Shown: positions 16,741 to 25,246 of the stretch, piece after piece
Layout: each line of letters starts with the position of its first letter
Numbering within the stretch: the first letter of the stretch is position 1
From: a virus
Taxonomy: Duplodnaviria > Heunggongvirae > Uroviricota > Caudoviricetes
Reading direction: 5' to 3' (one strand)
Virus record (IMG/VR): IMGVR_UViG_3300042891_002054
Length of the DNA stretch: 64,000 nucleotides
The notes under the pieces: model-generated
What the model was told of the DNA's origin: nothing
Database searches by the model: none
What the model saw: the letters and a program-made list of their open reading frames with translations, nothing else
Made by a program: the position numbers and the translations under genes

Positions 16741-17682
16741 ATGGATTTTAGTAAATTAAAAAAACAATCAGGTTCAAATTTAGATAAATTAGCGAAAGCT
16801 GTTGAATCAATGTCTTCTAATAATCAAAATGATGATTCTAATGAATATTGGAAATGTGAACTTGATAAATCAGGTAACGGTTACGCTGTAATTCGTTTTC
16901 TTCCTACTCCTCCACAAGATGTTGAATCGGATGGTTTACCATGGGTTAAATATTACGATCATGGTTTCCAAGGTCCAGGTGGTTGGTATATCGAAAAATC
17001 ATTAACTTCAATTGGTCTAGATGACCCTCTAGGTAAATACAATTCAGAATTATGGGAAACTGGTATTGAATCTAATAAAGAACAAGCCAGAAAACAAAAA
17101 CGTAGATTACATTATGTTTCTAACATTTATGTAATCAAAGATACTAAACACCCAGAAAATGAAGGTAAAACATTTAAATATGTGTTTGGTAAAAAAATCT
17201 TTGAGAAAATTACTCAAGCGATGAACCCACAATTTGAAGATGATAAACCTATTGATCCATTTGATTTATGGGAAGGTGCGAATTTTAAATTAAAAATTCG
17301 TAAAGTAGATGGTTACCAAAATTATGATTTAGCTGAATTTGATAGCCCATCAGCGTTATTTGATGACGATGATAAACTAGAAAAAGTTTGGAAGAGTGAA
17401 TTTTCTTTAAAAGAAATTCTTGAACCTAAAAACTTTAAAGACTATGCAACATTAGAAGCTCGTCTAAAAAGAGTTCTAGGGCAATCAAATCAAAACGCTA
17501 AGTATAAAACTGCTGAAGATTATACAGCAAAATCTCTTGATGAAGTTGAAGATGAACAATTTATCCAAAGCACAGTTGCTGAAAAGAAAACAACTGCTTC
17601 TTTTGCTGCTTCTACTGCAGTAATTGACGATGAAGAAGATGATGATATGTCTTACTTCAGTAAATTGGTTGGTGATGATTAA
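16741..17682 (+). CDS. 32: ssDNA-binding protein gp32
   Basis: DKSGNGYAVIRFLP, HGFQGPGGWYIE, KFGKKIF-like FGKKIFEKI, FDLWEGANFKLKIRKVDGYQNYD, acidic tail DDMSYFSKL. Confidence 0.97.
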   Translation: MDFSKLKKQSGSNLDKLAKAVESMSSNNQNDDSNEYWKCELDKSGNGYAVIRFLPTPPQDVESDGLPWVKYYDHGFQGPGGWYIEKSLTSIGLDDPLGKYNSELWETGIESNKEQARKQKRRLHYVSNIYVIKDTKHPENEGKTFKYVFGKKIFEKITQAMNPQFEDDKPIDPFDLWEGANFKLKIRKVDGYQNYDLAEFDSPSALFDDDDKLEKVWKSEFSLKEILEPKNFKDYATLEARLKRVLGQSNQNAKYKTAEDYTAKSLDEVEDEQFIQSTVAEKKTTASFAASTAVIDDEEDDDMSYFSKLVGDD

Positions 17683-17692
17683 TCAATAGTAG

Positions 17693-17718
17693 AAAGGGGC
17701 TGAAACGCCCCTTTTTTT
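17693..17718. terminator. bidirectional intrinsic terminator
   Basis: AAA-GGGGC-TGAAAC-GCCCC-TTTTTTT between convergent genes. Confidence 0.85.
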
Positions 17719-20353
17719 ATGCCGTTTTTACATTTCCATATGTAAGTGTTAACAACACTGGATCATCATTTCTAACTGCCATCATACTACCACCAGTTCC
17801 TGCTTGAGGTCTAGGGGCAGACGCTACTTGTTGAGGTGCCTTTTGTGGCACTTGTGATCCCATAACACTTTGAGATAATTTAGACATACCGCTCATCATA
17901 CCTTGCATCATAACAACATTTTCTGATTGCGGTTTTTCTGGAATTACTGTTGATGCTTCCATAGCTGCGAGTTTTAATTCTTGCTGCGGTCCATTTTTGT
18001 CCATTAGAGGAGTTGCTGTAGCATTTTCGGTTTTAGATGCTGCGAGTTTTAATTCTTGCTGCGGTCCATTTTTGTCCATTAGAGGAGTTGCTGTAGCATT
18101 TTCGGTTTTAGATGCTGCGAGTTTTAATTCTTGCTGCGGTCCATTTTTGTACATTAGAGAAGTTGCTGTAGCATTTTCGGTTTTAGATGCTGCTACTTGC
18201 AATAAATCAGCTTTTTCTTTACTTGCTCTGCTTAACGTTCCTGCCTTTACATCACCGCTAGAACTTTTAAATAATTTATCATTATTTGCAATTTTATAGT
18301 CTTGTATTGCTGATACAATATCCGCATCTGACATTTTTGATGCATCTTTTCCTTCAAGAGCTTTTTCTATTAATCCAGTACTTCCTCCAAATTGAACTGA
18401 AGTACTCCAAACTGCTTCTTGTACAGCTCTGCCTGATTTAGATAAATCTATACCAGATTTTTGTAATTTTTCCATTTGCGGATCAAAATGGGACTGTTTT
18501 ATAAATTCGTGTTGAGCGTCACCAAATTTTTCGTCTTTTGACGCAACTTCTTTCCATTTTTCATTAAATTCTTTTGAACCAGCAGTTAATCCTTGGAATT
18601 CTTTTGCGTATCCAGATGAATTTAAAAATTTATTTAATGTACTTTTTTCTCCGCCAGAAGAAGCTAATTGATATGTTCCGTATGACGCGCCACCGAAATC
18701 TCCTTTTCCAGTTGAAACAGTTCCTGCTCCACTTTTACCAGATTCATATTTTTGGGATACTGCTCCTACTGCTTTGTCTATAATAGATGGTGTATATTTT
18801 CCTTTTTTATATCCACCCATCATCATATCTTGCTCTTCGCCTTTAGACGTTCCTGGGAATAATGCTTTATGTGCTTTTTCTCCCTCATCTAATGAACCTA
18901 ATGATTTTCCTCCACCGAATCCCAATAATTCTGTACCTTTATCCCAAACTGATCCTACTGCTGACGCAGTTTTTTTGTACGCATCAGTCCCTTGTATCCA
19001 GTTAACTTTTTCTTCTGCTGCTTTATAAGTATCAGTCCCCTTTGCCCAAGTCAGACCTTGATCTGCGAGAGATTCGCCTTCACCAGTACCTAAAATAGCT
19101 GCAGCAGCTAATCCCCCAAAACCTCCTGCTGCATTAAAAGTTTTACTTGCTATAGACGGAATAAACCCACCAGAACCACCACCAGAACCACCACCAGAAC
19201 CACCATGACTACCTTTGTGTCCAGCTCTTGCATTTTTATTTTCTGCTGTAATATCAGCATCAATGTCTTTTCTTGCAGCTTCGCGAGACATCGAAGATAT
19301 ACCAACAGACATTCTATCAGCAGTTGAGTTTAATTTCGTTAATGCTTCATAAATTTTATTTAAAATTTCAATAGCATTTGAACTGGCTAGACCACCATCC
19401 CCTGCAGTATTTCCAGCAAGTTCCCCTGAATCTCCACCTGAAGAATGTTCGATTATTTCTTCAGGAACAGCAGGTTCATCTGGTACTAATTCTCCCTGAT
19501 GTTCTCCTGTTTGATGTTGGGTTGTATCTTGATGTTCTTTATCTTTTTTGCCGAATAACGATCCAACTAAATTGGAACCTAATCTTCCTATAGCTCCTGT
19601 AGCATTACCCAGAAATTCTCCACCTTTTTTAACTAAATTAGAACCAACTTCTACTGCCTTTTTACCACCTTCTTTTAATTTACTTGTAACATTACCAGCA
19701 AATTCTTTTGATGATTCCAATGCACTAGAAGCTTTTTCTTTAATTGCTTCAATACCCTTTTCAATTTTGGGTTTAAATATTTCTTTGGCATCAGAAACTT
19801 TACCTGCAACATTTTCAGCTAATTCGCTGCCTTTTGCTTTAATGGTTTCCATACCAGATTTAAAAGTGTTAGTTGCTTTATCTGCTAATCCTTCAGTTTT
19901 TGATAATATTTTTTCTTGAATACCACCTTTAGCAGCTTTTAAGGTATCAAACATTCCTGTAGCGATACCACCAGCTTTATCTGCTACTTTACCTGCAACT
20001 TTACCTATGGTTTCTGCTTTTGGTAAAATTTTTGATGCAGTTGATATTGCAGTTTTTCCTGCAGCAGTGGCAACTCTAGCACCAGCGGCAATTTCTCCTG
20101 TTCCTATCATTAACGAACCTGCTGTTCCTCCAGCGAATCCTGTGCTGTATGCAACAGGATTTCGTTGTAGAGCCTCTTCGTTTGCGTTTTCTTCAGATTT
20201 TAATTCATCAGCATATTTCGTTCCTTTGACTACGCTTTTGACACCAGCAGAGATATTTTCCCCGAACCCCATAGTTGCACCTTGCCAAGCACCTCGAGCG
20301 GTATCTCCAGCAGTTTGCACCCAGTTATTTTCTTTATCTGAATTATTTGCCAT
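17717..20353 (-). CDS. tape-measure-like / gp29-like baseplate hub protein with a peptidoglycan-hydrolase-like domain
   Basis: 878 aa, Ala/Gly/Lys-rich amphipathic repeats; KYESG...GTVSTG.GD.GGASYGTYQL; C-terminal VRNDDPVL; lies downstream of gp26. Confidence 0.7.
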   Translation of the reverse strand: MANNSDKENNWVQTAGDTARGAWQGATMGFGENISAGVKSVVKGTKYADELKSEENANEEALQRNPVAYSTGFAGGTAGSLMIGTGEIAAGARVATAAGKTAISTASKILPKAETIGKVAGKVADKAGGIATGMFDTLKAAKGGIQEKILSKTEGLADKATNTFKSGMETIKAKGSELAENVAGKVSDAKEIFKPKIEKGIEAIKEKASSALESSKEFAGNVTSKLKEGGKKAVEVGSNLVKKGGEFLGNATGAIGRLGSNLVGSLFGKKDKEHQDTTQHQTGEHQGELVPDEPAVPEEIIEHSSGGDSGELAGNTAGDGGLASSNAIEILNKIYEALTKLNSTADRMSVGISSMSREAARKDIDADITAENKNARAGHKGSHGGSGGGSGGGSGGFIPSIASKTFNAAGGFGGLAAAAILGTGEGESLADQGLTWAKGTDTYKAAEEKVNWIQGTDAYKKTASAVGSVWDKGTELLGFGGGKSLGSLDEGEKAHKALFPGTSKGEEQDMMMGGYKKGKYTPSIIDKAVGAVSQKYESGKSGAGTVSTGKGDFGGASYGTYQLASSGGEKSTLNKFLNSSGYAKEFQGLTAGSKEFNEKWKEVASKDEKFGDAQHEFIKQSHFDPQMEKLQKSGIDLSKSGRAVQEAVWSTSVQFGGSTGLIEKALEGKDASKMSDADIVSAIQDYKIANNDKLFKSSSGDVKAGTLSRASKEKADLLQVAASKTENATATSLMYKNGPQQELKLAASKTENATATPLMDKNGPQQELKLAASKTENATATPLMDKNGPQQELKLAAMEASTVIPEKPQSENVVMMQGMMSGMSKLSQSVMGSQVPQKAPQQVASAPRPQAGTGGSMMAVRNDDPVLLTLTYGNVKTA
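17964..18193. repeat. 3 x 75-bp in-frame tandem repeat
   Basis: Units start at 17964, 18039 and 18114; encode AASKTENATATPLMDKNGPQQELKL; two units are identical and one has two substitutions. Confidence 0.95.
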
Positions 20354-20355
20354 TT

Positions 20356-20555
20356 TTAATGTTGATTCCTAATAGCTTCTTGCTGTTTACGTTTTTCTTC
20401 TTTTTCTCTAATATGTTGAACCAATAAACCTATATAAATTTCCCTTTCCCAAGGGATCATCGCTTCCAGTTCAGTTAAACTATAACCATGATGTTGCATC
20501 ATAGCAAAATTAGTTTTATAATAAACTGAAAGTTTATCATTACCAAGAATTAAGT
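20356..20555 (-). CDS. gp51-like baseplate hub assembly domain (-1 frame relative to gp26; first ATG at 20502)
   Basis: YLILGNDKLSVYYKTNFAMMQHHGYSLTELEAMIPWEREIYIGLL matches the T4-like gp51-like YYKTNF.LMQHH.YSL.ELE.M.PWER motif. Confidence 0.8.
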
Positions 20556-21269
20556 AAAAAAATCGAAAATATCCTCAACTAAAATGTTGTGATTCATACC
20601 ACATTTATTACAAGTTATATTTAATTTTTTTATAATTTTTGGTTCGTTTAAGAAGAATTGTTCTATTTTTTCGTACTTTTCTGTTGGTAAATTACCAATC
20701 CACTCAACAATCTTTTGTTGAGGAATATCTTTAGCATTATATGAAGAATTTTCATCATAGATAAAATCTACATTATTTGCAATAATCTCAAACAATTCTT
20801 TTGGTGTTGGTAATGTATCCTCTAAACCGTCAAGTTCAAATCTTTGGTGTTTTAATTTAATGCCAACATTTTCAGTAATTTCAATTATTGGAGAAACACC
20901 ATTATCTAAAATTTCTAAATCGGTTAATAAATTTAATGTGTGATCCATAGTGTTGCCACATATAGTATCTTCAATTTTATTTTCGCATCTATATTTTAAA
21001 TTTACAAGTTCAGATTCAGATCTGGCTCTAAGTTGATAAAATAAATATTCAACATCAGTAATTGGTAATTCTTCTTGTATATTAATATCTGTTATAATAC
21101 AATTATTAATAATTTGTAATATTGCATTAATTACTGAATTTTTTTCTCCAGATTCTTTAGCCATTGTTAAAATTTTCTGTTCTTTAACTAAATATGGTCT
21201 AAATTGTATATTTTTTTTAGAAATTGGTAATTCAACAGAAAATGTTGGCACATCAATTGTCGGTAGCAT
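20550..21269 (-). CDS. 26: baseplate hub subunit gp26
   Basis: MLPTIDVPTFSVELP...FRPYLVKEQKIL, DVEYLFYQLRARS, CNKCG...IFDFF. Confidence 0.9.
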   Translation of the reverse strand: MLPTIDVPTFSVELPISKKNIQFRPYLVKEQKILTMAKESGEKNSVINAILQIINNCIITDINIQEELPITDVEYLFYQLRARSESELVNLKYRCENKIEDTICGNTMDHTLNLLTDLEILDNGVSPIIEITENVGIKLKHQRFELDGLEDTLPTPKELFEIIANNVDFIYDENSSYNAKDIPQQKIVEWIGNLPTEKYEKIEQFFLNEPKIIKKLNITCNKCGMNHNILVEDIFDFFT

Positions 21270-21271
21270 AC

Positions 21272-22072
21272 TTATAATCCTATTCTTGTTAATCCTGATG
21301 ATAATGTAAAATTAGACAACCCCAAACCTGGTAGGGTTGATCCTATTGCTAAAGGGTTTCCACTTTCTATGGCACCATTTATGGTATTTATAGTGGAGGC
21401 AGTCTTAATAGCTGTCCCTAATAATTCACCTAATGGACCTCTTGTATAGGCGCCATTACTTTCCACATGTTTAAAATCATATGTGTATTCTGTATAAGCG
21501 AATGCAACATTTAATGATTGGGCTTCGTTTTGAGCTGCCCATGAAAGGGGAATTTGATTTATTGAAATTGGAAATGCATCAATTAATGTTACTTCAACTA
21601 ACGGCATTCCTGTTATCGCATAATGTGTTATTTTTATTCTTGATGCGTATTCACTTTTATATCTAACATTATAAGTTGTTTCTATGCCAGAATTTTTTAT
21701 AGTTTCTTCTCTTCCTGTGATATATGCTATCCAATTTTGAAAAAATTTTCTGGTTTTTTCATATTGTGAACCTCTGGTATAAAATGATAAATCTATATCC
21801 TTATATCCAGTCATAACTGAATGTTGTTCAGTTACCCCATATATTTTTTGGTGTACTGTAGCTGTTGATTCACCTGGAAGTTCTGCTGAATGACAAACAT
21901 ATCTTAAGGTATCATTATCAGCAAATTTATTAAAGTAGAACTCAACATCAAAGTATGCTGTTCTACCTATATCGTATGCTAATAACTCGCTCTTTGCTTC
22001 GCGATATTTTGAGTCATCAGTTTTCGGACCATTTCCACTCATTAACTCTTTTACTGTATCTAAAAATGACAT
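21272..22072 (-). CDS. 54: tail tube initiator gp54-like protein
   Basis: CHSAELPG, DIDLSFY, FFQNWI, YKSEY, LIDAFPISI..IPLSW. Confidence 0.75.
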   Translation of the reverse strand: MSFLDTVKELMSGNGPKTDDSKYREAKSELLAYDIGRTAYFDVEFYFNKFADNDTLRYVCHSAELPGESTATVHQKIYGVTEQHSVMTGYKDIDLSFYTRGSQYEKTRKFFQNWIAYITGREETIKNSGIETTYNVRYKSEYASRIKITHYAITGMPLVEVTLIDAFPISINQIPLSWAAQNEAQSLNVAFAYTEYTYDFKHVESNGAYTRGPLGELLGTAIKTASTINTINGAIESGNPLAIGSTLPGLGLSNFTLSSGLTRIGL

Positions 22073-22084
22073 TATAGTATCCTT

Positions 22085-22690
22085 TTAAAGTGTCATATCT
22101 TGTGTTGCCATAGATTCTTTCCAAACATATTGTTTCGTTTTTTTCTTAAATGCTTCAATAGGCAATGAAGCAGCAAACCCCCAATCTTCAGGTGGAATCA
22201 ATTTTATTTCGGAACGAACGTTACTGGTTAAATATTGTTTAAAACAGGGTTCAAAAAACGAAAATTGTTGCACACCCTGTAAATTTTCGTATTTAATATT
22301 TAATCGTTCTAGTTCTCCATCTTTATACACACCTTTTGTTAATAAATTACTTAATAAAATCATTCTTGGTTCAACAGGAAGATAATGTAAATTTAATCCT
22401 GTGAATCGATCACGTTTAATACTGGTTAATAAAATTAATGGAAATGTATCATAATATTCTAAATTTTCTCTACCTTTTGGATTATAATGGAAAAGGTACA
22501 TTTTACCAACTTCAAATTTATTTGTTGTATTTGTACCTTTTTTTAATAATTCTTGCTGTTTTATTTTATTATTTTTTATCTCATCAGCAGTGGGTTTCTT
22601 TAAATGCTTTACTTGTTCTTTAAACCATTTTATGGCTTCAGTAACATTTTTTAAACTAAATTTGTAATCAAAATTAAGATTTAATCCCAT
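22085..22690 (-). CDS. 2: DNA end protector gp2
   Basis: GKMYLFHYNPK..LEYYDTFPL, GLNLHYLP, CFKQYL..NVRS. Confidence 0.9.
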   Translation of the reverse strand: MGLNLNFDYKFSLKNVTEAIKWFKEQVKHLKKPTADEIKNNKIKQQELLKKGTNTTNKFEVGKMYLFHYNPKGRENLEYYDTFPLILLTSIKRDRFTGLNLHYLPVEPRMILLSNLLTKGVYKDGELERLNIKYENLQGVQQFSFFEPCFKQYLTSNVRSEIKLIPPEDWGFAASLPIEAFKKKTKQYVWKESMATQDMTL

Positions 22691-23134
22691 TTATAATCCT
22701 AAGTCTTTTTCTGTTAAAACTTTAAATTCCCATTTACGGTCTAAACAATATTCTCTAGCAGCTTTCCATTTTGCTTGATTTATTGCATATGTACAAACTT
22801 CAGTTATATACTGTTTTGTTATTTTCTTTTTTACTGCTGGTTCAATTGATTGGTTATAAGGTTTAATTTCAATTAAATAAGTTTTAGTTCTACCATCAAC
22901 CCCTAATATCCTTGCCCAAATATCTGGAAAATATCTATGAAATTTATTATCGACAGGAGATTTATATGGAATAACACACTCTTCTGATGCCCATTCTAAT
23001 ATATTAGGGTTATCATCCATCCATTTAAATACTCTCAATTCCCAGGAACTGCGATAAACAATATTTGCAGCATTACCCCTATATTTACTCGGGTTTTTTA
23101 TATTATAAATTCCTTGTTTATAATTTTTTGCCAT
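22691..23134 (-). CDS. 4: head completion nuclease gp4
   Basis: NPSKYRG...YRSSWE..VFKWMD, WASEE..IPY.SPVDNKFHRYFPD, IEIKP, NQAKW.AA. Confidence 0.93.
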   Translation of the reverse strand: MAKNYKQGIYNIKNPSKYRGNAANIVYRSSWELRVFKWMDDNPNILEWASEECVIPYKSPVDNKFHRYFPDIWARILGVDGRTKTYLIEIKPYNQSIEPAVKKKITKQYITEVCTYAINQAKWKAAREYCLDRKWEFKVLTEKDLGL

Positions 23135-23159
23135 AATTTAATTTTTTACAAATTATTGA

Positions 23160-23167
23160 TATAAATA
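23160..23167 (+). promoter_or_regulatory. T4-type late promoter
   Basis: TATAAATA upstream of the baseplate operon. Confidence 0.75.
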
Positions 23168-23204
23168 GTATTTAGTTAAAATTAAAAAATAGTTGATAAA
23201 ATTT

Positions 23205-24584
23205 ATGCCAAGCCCATTACAAGATTTATATAAATCGGTAAACGATTTACCTATATTGACATATCCTGATGATCTAGGTTCTTCTAGAAAGGGTCATTAC
23301 ATTTCATTTACCGTTATGGTTCCGCAAAAATCAAATTATATCGCAAATCCATCTTCCCCAGTTTCAATTACACCACCTTCTAGTATTTCCGATTCAATTG
23401 CTTCTACAATGAATTCAATAGGAAATGCAGCAACTCAAGCTGCTTCAGCGGCTAGTTCAATCTCTAGTGTTGCAAGTGCTGTAACCGATACAATTGGGTC
23501 AGTTGCAAGTGTTGCTAATCAAGCAGTAAGCGCAGTAAATTCAGTTGTTGGTACTGCGTCTAGTGTTGTAGGATCAGTTGCTGGAATTGCGGGTGTCGCA
23601 GCAACAGCTGGTGGATCAGTTATTGGTGGTGTCACAGCAGCTACTGTTGGGATCTCTGCTGCAACAAATATTGCTTCTGGTATAGGTGATACATTAGATA
23701 GCGTTGGCCAATTTATTTCAGACCCAACAAAAGCAATTTCTGGTGTTTATGATTCTGTAAAAAATTATCTAAATGGTGTAGATAATGCACTATCATCAGC
23801 CGAGGCTGCTATTGAAGGGTTTATGGACAATAGCGCAGAAACTTTGTATTCTCCCGCTACATCAAAAATACAAGGATTTATAAATCTTTACATGCCAGAC
23901 ACAGTTAATATAAATCAACAAGCTAATTATGCTGATATAGACGTAACTGAGGCGACAGGTCAACTTGGTATGGGTCAAGAAGTTATATCTCAAGGTAAAA
24001 ATTACAGTTCTTTATTAGATGCAGCCGAAAAAGCAAGTAAGGAAAGTTCAGGTTTAAGCCAAACTATCAGAAATGTTGGTGCAGCGGCTCCACCTGTTGC
24101 AACAGAAATTTTGGGTAATGTTTCATCAGGGCTTGGTGTGACAGGCGGAGGTTTTACTCAATATATGTTGGGGCAAAAAAATACAGCAATAAACCCACAG
24201 ATGGAAGTATTATTTACTTCTATGAATTTTAGAACATTTCAATTTGATTTTACATTTACACCAAAAAGCCCAGAAGAAGCAGCTACTGTGAGAGAGATTA
24301 TTAAAATGTTTAGATATCATTCTGCTCCTGAAATTGACAATTCCGGTACAGGGAGATATTTTATTGTCCCATCTGTATTCAATATTGAATACAGATATTT
24401 AGAGCAAAGAAATGAAAATTTACATAAATTCGCACCCTGTGCATTAACTTCTGTAATGGTTGATTATGCACCGGAAGTTGGTTGGGTTGCGCATAATGAT
24501 GGCATGCCAGTTAAAACACGTGTGACGTTGCAATTCAAAGAAATGGAAATTTTAACAAAAGAACGAATTTCAGAAGGTTATTAA
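23205..24584 (+). CDS. 48: baseplate tail tube cap gp48
   Basis: LTYPDDL, INLYMP, INPQMEVLF...FRTFQFDFTFTPKSPEEA..V.EII..FRYH.AP, LQFKEMEILT. Confidence 0.88.
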   Translation: MPSPLQDLYKSVNDLPILTYPDDLGSSRKGHYISFTVMVPQKSNYIANPSSPVSITPPSSISDSIASTMNSIGNAATQAASAASSISSVASAVTDTIGSVASVANQAVSAVNSVVGTASSVVGSVAGIAGVAATAGGSVIGGVTAATVGISAATNIASGIGDTLDSVGQFISDPTKAISGVYDSVKNYLNGVDNALSSAEAAIEGFMDNSAETLYSPATSKIQGFINLYMPDTVNINQQANYADIDVTEATGQLGMGQEVISQGKNYSSLLDAAEKASKESSGLSQTIRNVGAAAPPVATEILGNVSSGLGVTGGGFTQYMLGQKNTAINPQMEVLFTSMNFRTFQFDFTFTPKSPEEAATVREIIKMFRYHSAPEIDNSGTGRYFIVPSVFNIEYRYLEQRNENLHKFAPCALTSVMVDYAPEVGWVAHNDGMPVKTRVTLQFKEMEILTKERISEGY

Positions 24585-24586
24585 TT

Positions 24587-25246
24587 ATGGCAAATTTTTT
24601 CTCAAAATACCCAAAATTATTAATAAACAATCGTTTAGTTACTGATCTAATAGCTAGAACAGCCATTAGAGATAAATATTCAGATAGATTATCTATATTT
24701 TACCCATACCAATTACAAGAAGGAGATACTCCCGAATTAATTGCATTTAAATATTATGGTGACGCAGAAAAACATTGGATAGTGTTATTAGCAAATGATA
24801 TTATCAACCCATTTTTTGATTTTCCTTTATCTTATATTGAATTCAATAAAATGCTTGATCAAAAATATGCAGAACAAGGAGCAGCATTAAATATTACTGG
24901 TTCTGAATATGCTAGTGCGACAATCAATATAAATCCTCTTGGTTATAGATCTCATATAACAACAACAGATAATATAAGTGGCGTTTCAACAACAGAAACA
25001 ATTTATATCGATCAAAAAGCATATAATGGCGGTGTTAATGGTTACGATGATGATACATTTAATTTTGCAGACTCAACAGCACAAGCAGATAATATTACTG
25101 TAACGATAACTAAAGAACAAATATCAATTTACGATTATGAATCGGAATTAAATGAAGCTAAACGAGAAATTAAATTGATTAGAAAAGAATATGCCAATCA
25201 ACTTGAAACAGAATTAAAAGTTTTGATGAGGGAACAATATGTCTGA
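24587..25246 (+). CDS. 53: baseplate wedge gp53
   Basis: FFSKYPKL, YQLQEGDTPELIAFKYYGD..KHWIVLLANDIINP, YDYE.ELNE.KR.IKLI. Confidence 0.9.
   Translation: MANFFSKYPKLLINNRLVTDLIARTAIRDKYSDRLSIFYPYQLQEGDTPELIAFKYYGDAEKHWIVLLANDIINPFFDFPLSYIEFNKMLDQKYAEQGAALNITGSEYASATININPLGYRSHITTTDNISGVSTTETIYIDQKAYNGGVNGYDDDTFNFADSTAQADNITVTITKEQISIYDYESELNEAKREIKLIRKEYANQLETELKVLMREQYV

Noticed and set aside
17964-18193. CRISPR array
   Set aside because: The repeats are contiguous with no unique spacers and lie in frame within a protein.
17997-20372. Several plus-strand ORFs of 69-123 aa opposite the tape-measure gene
   Set aside because: Shadow frames produced by the Ala/Gly-rich codon bias and the 75-bp repeat.
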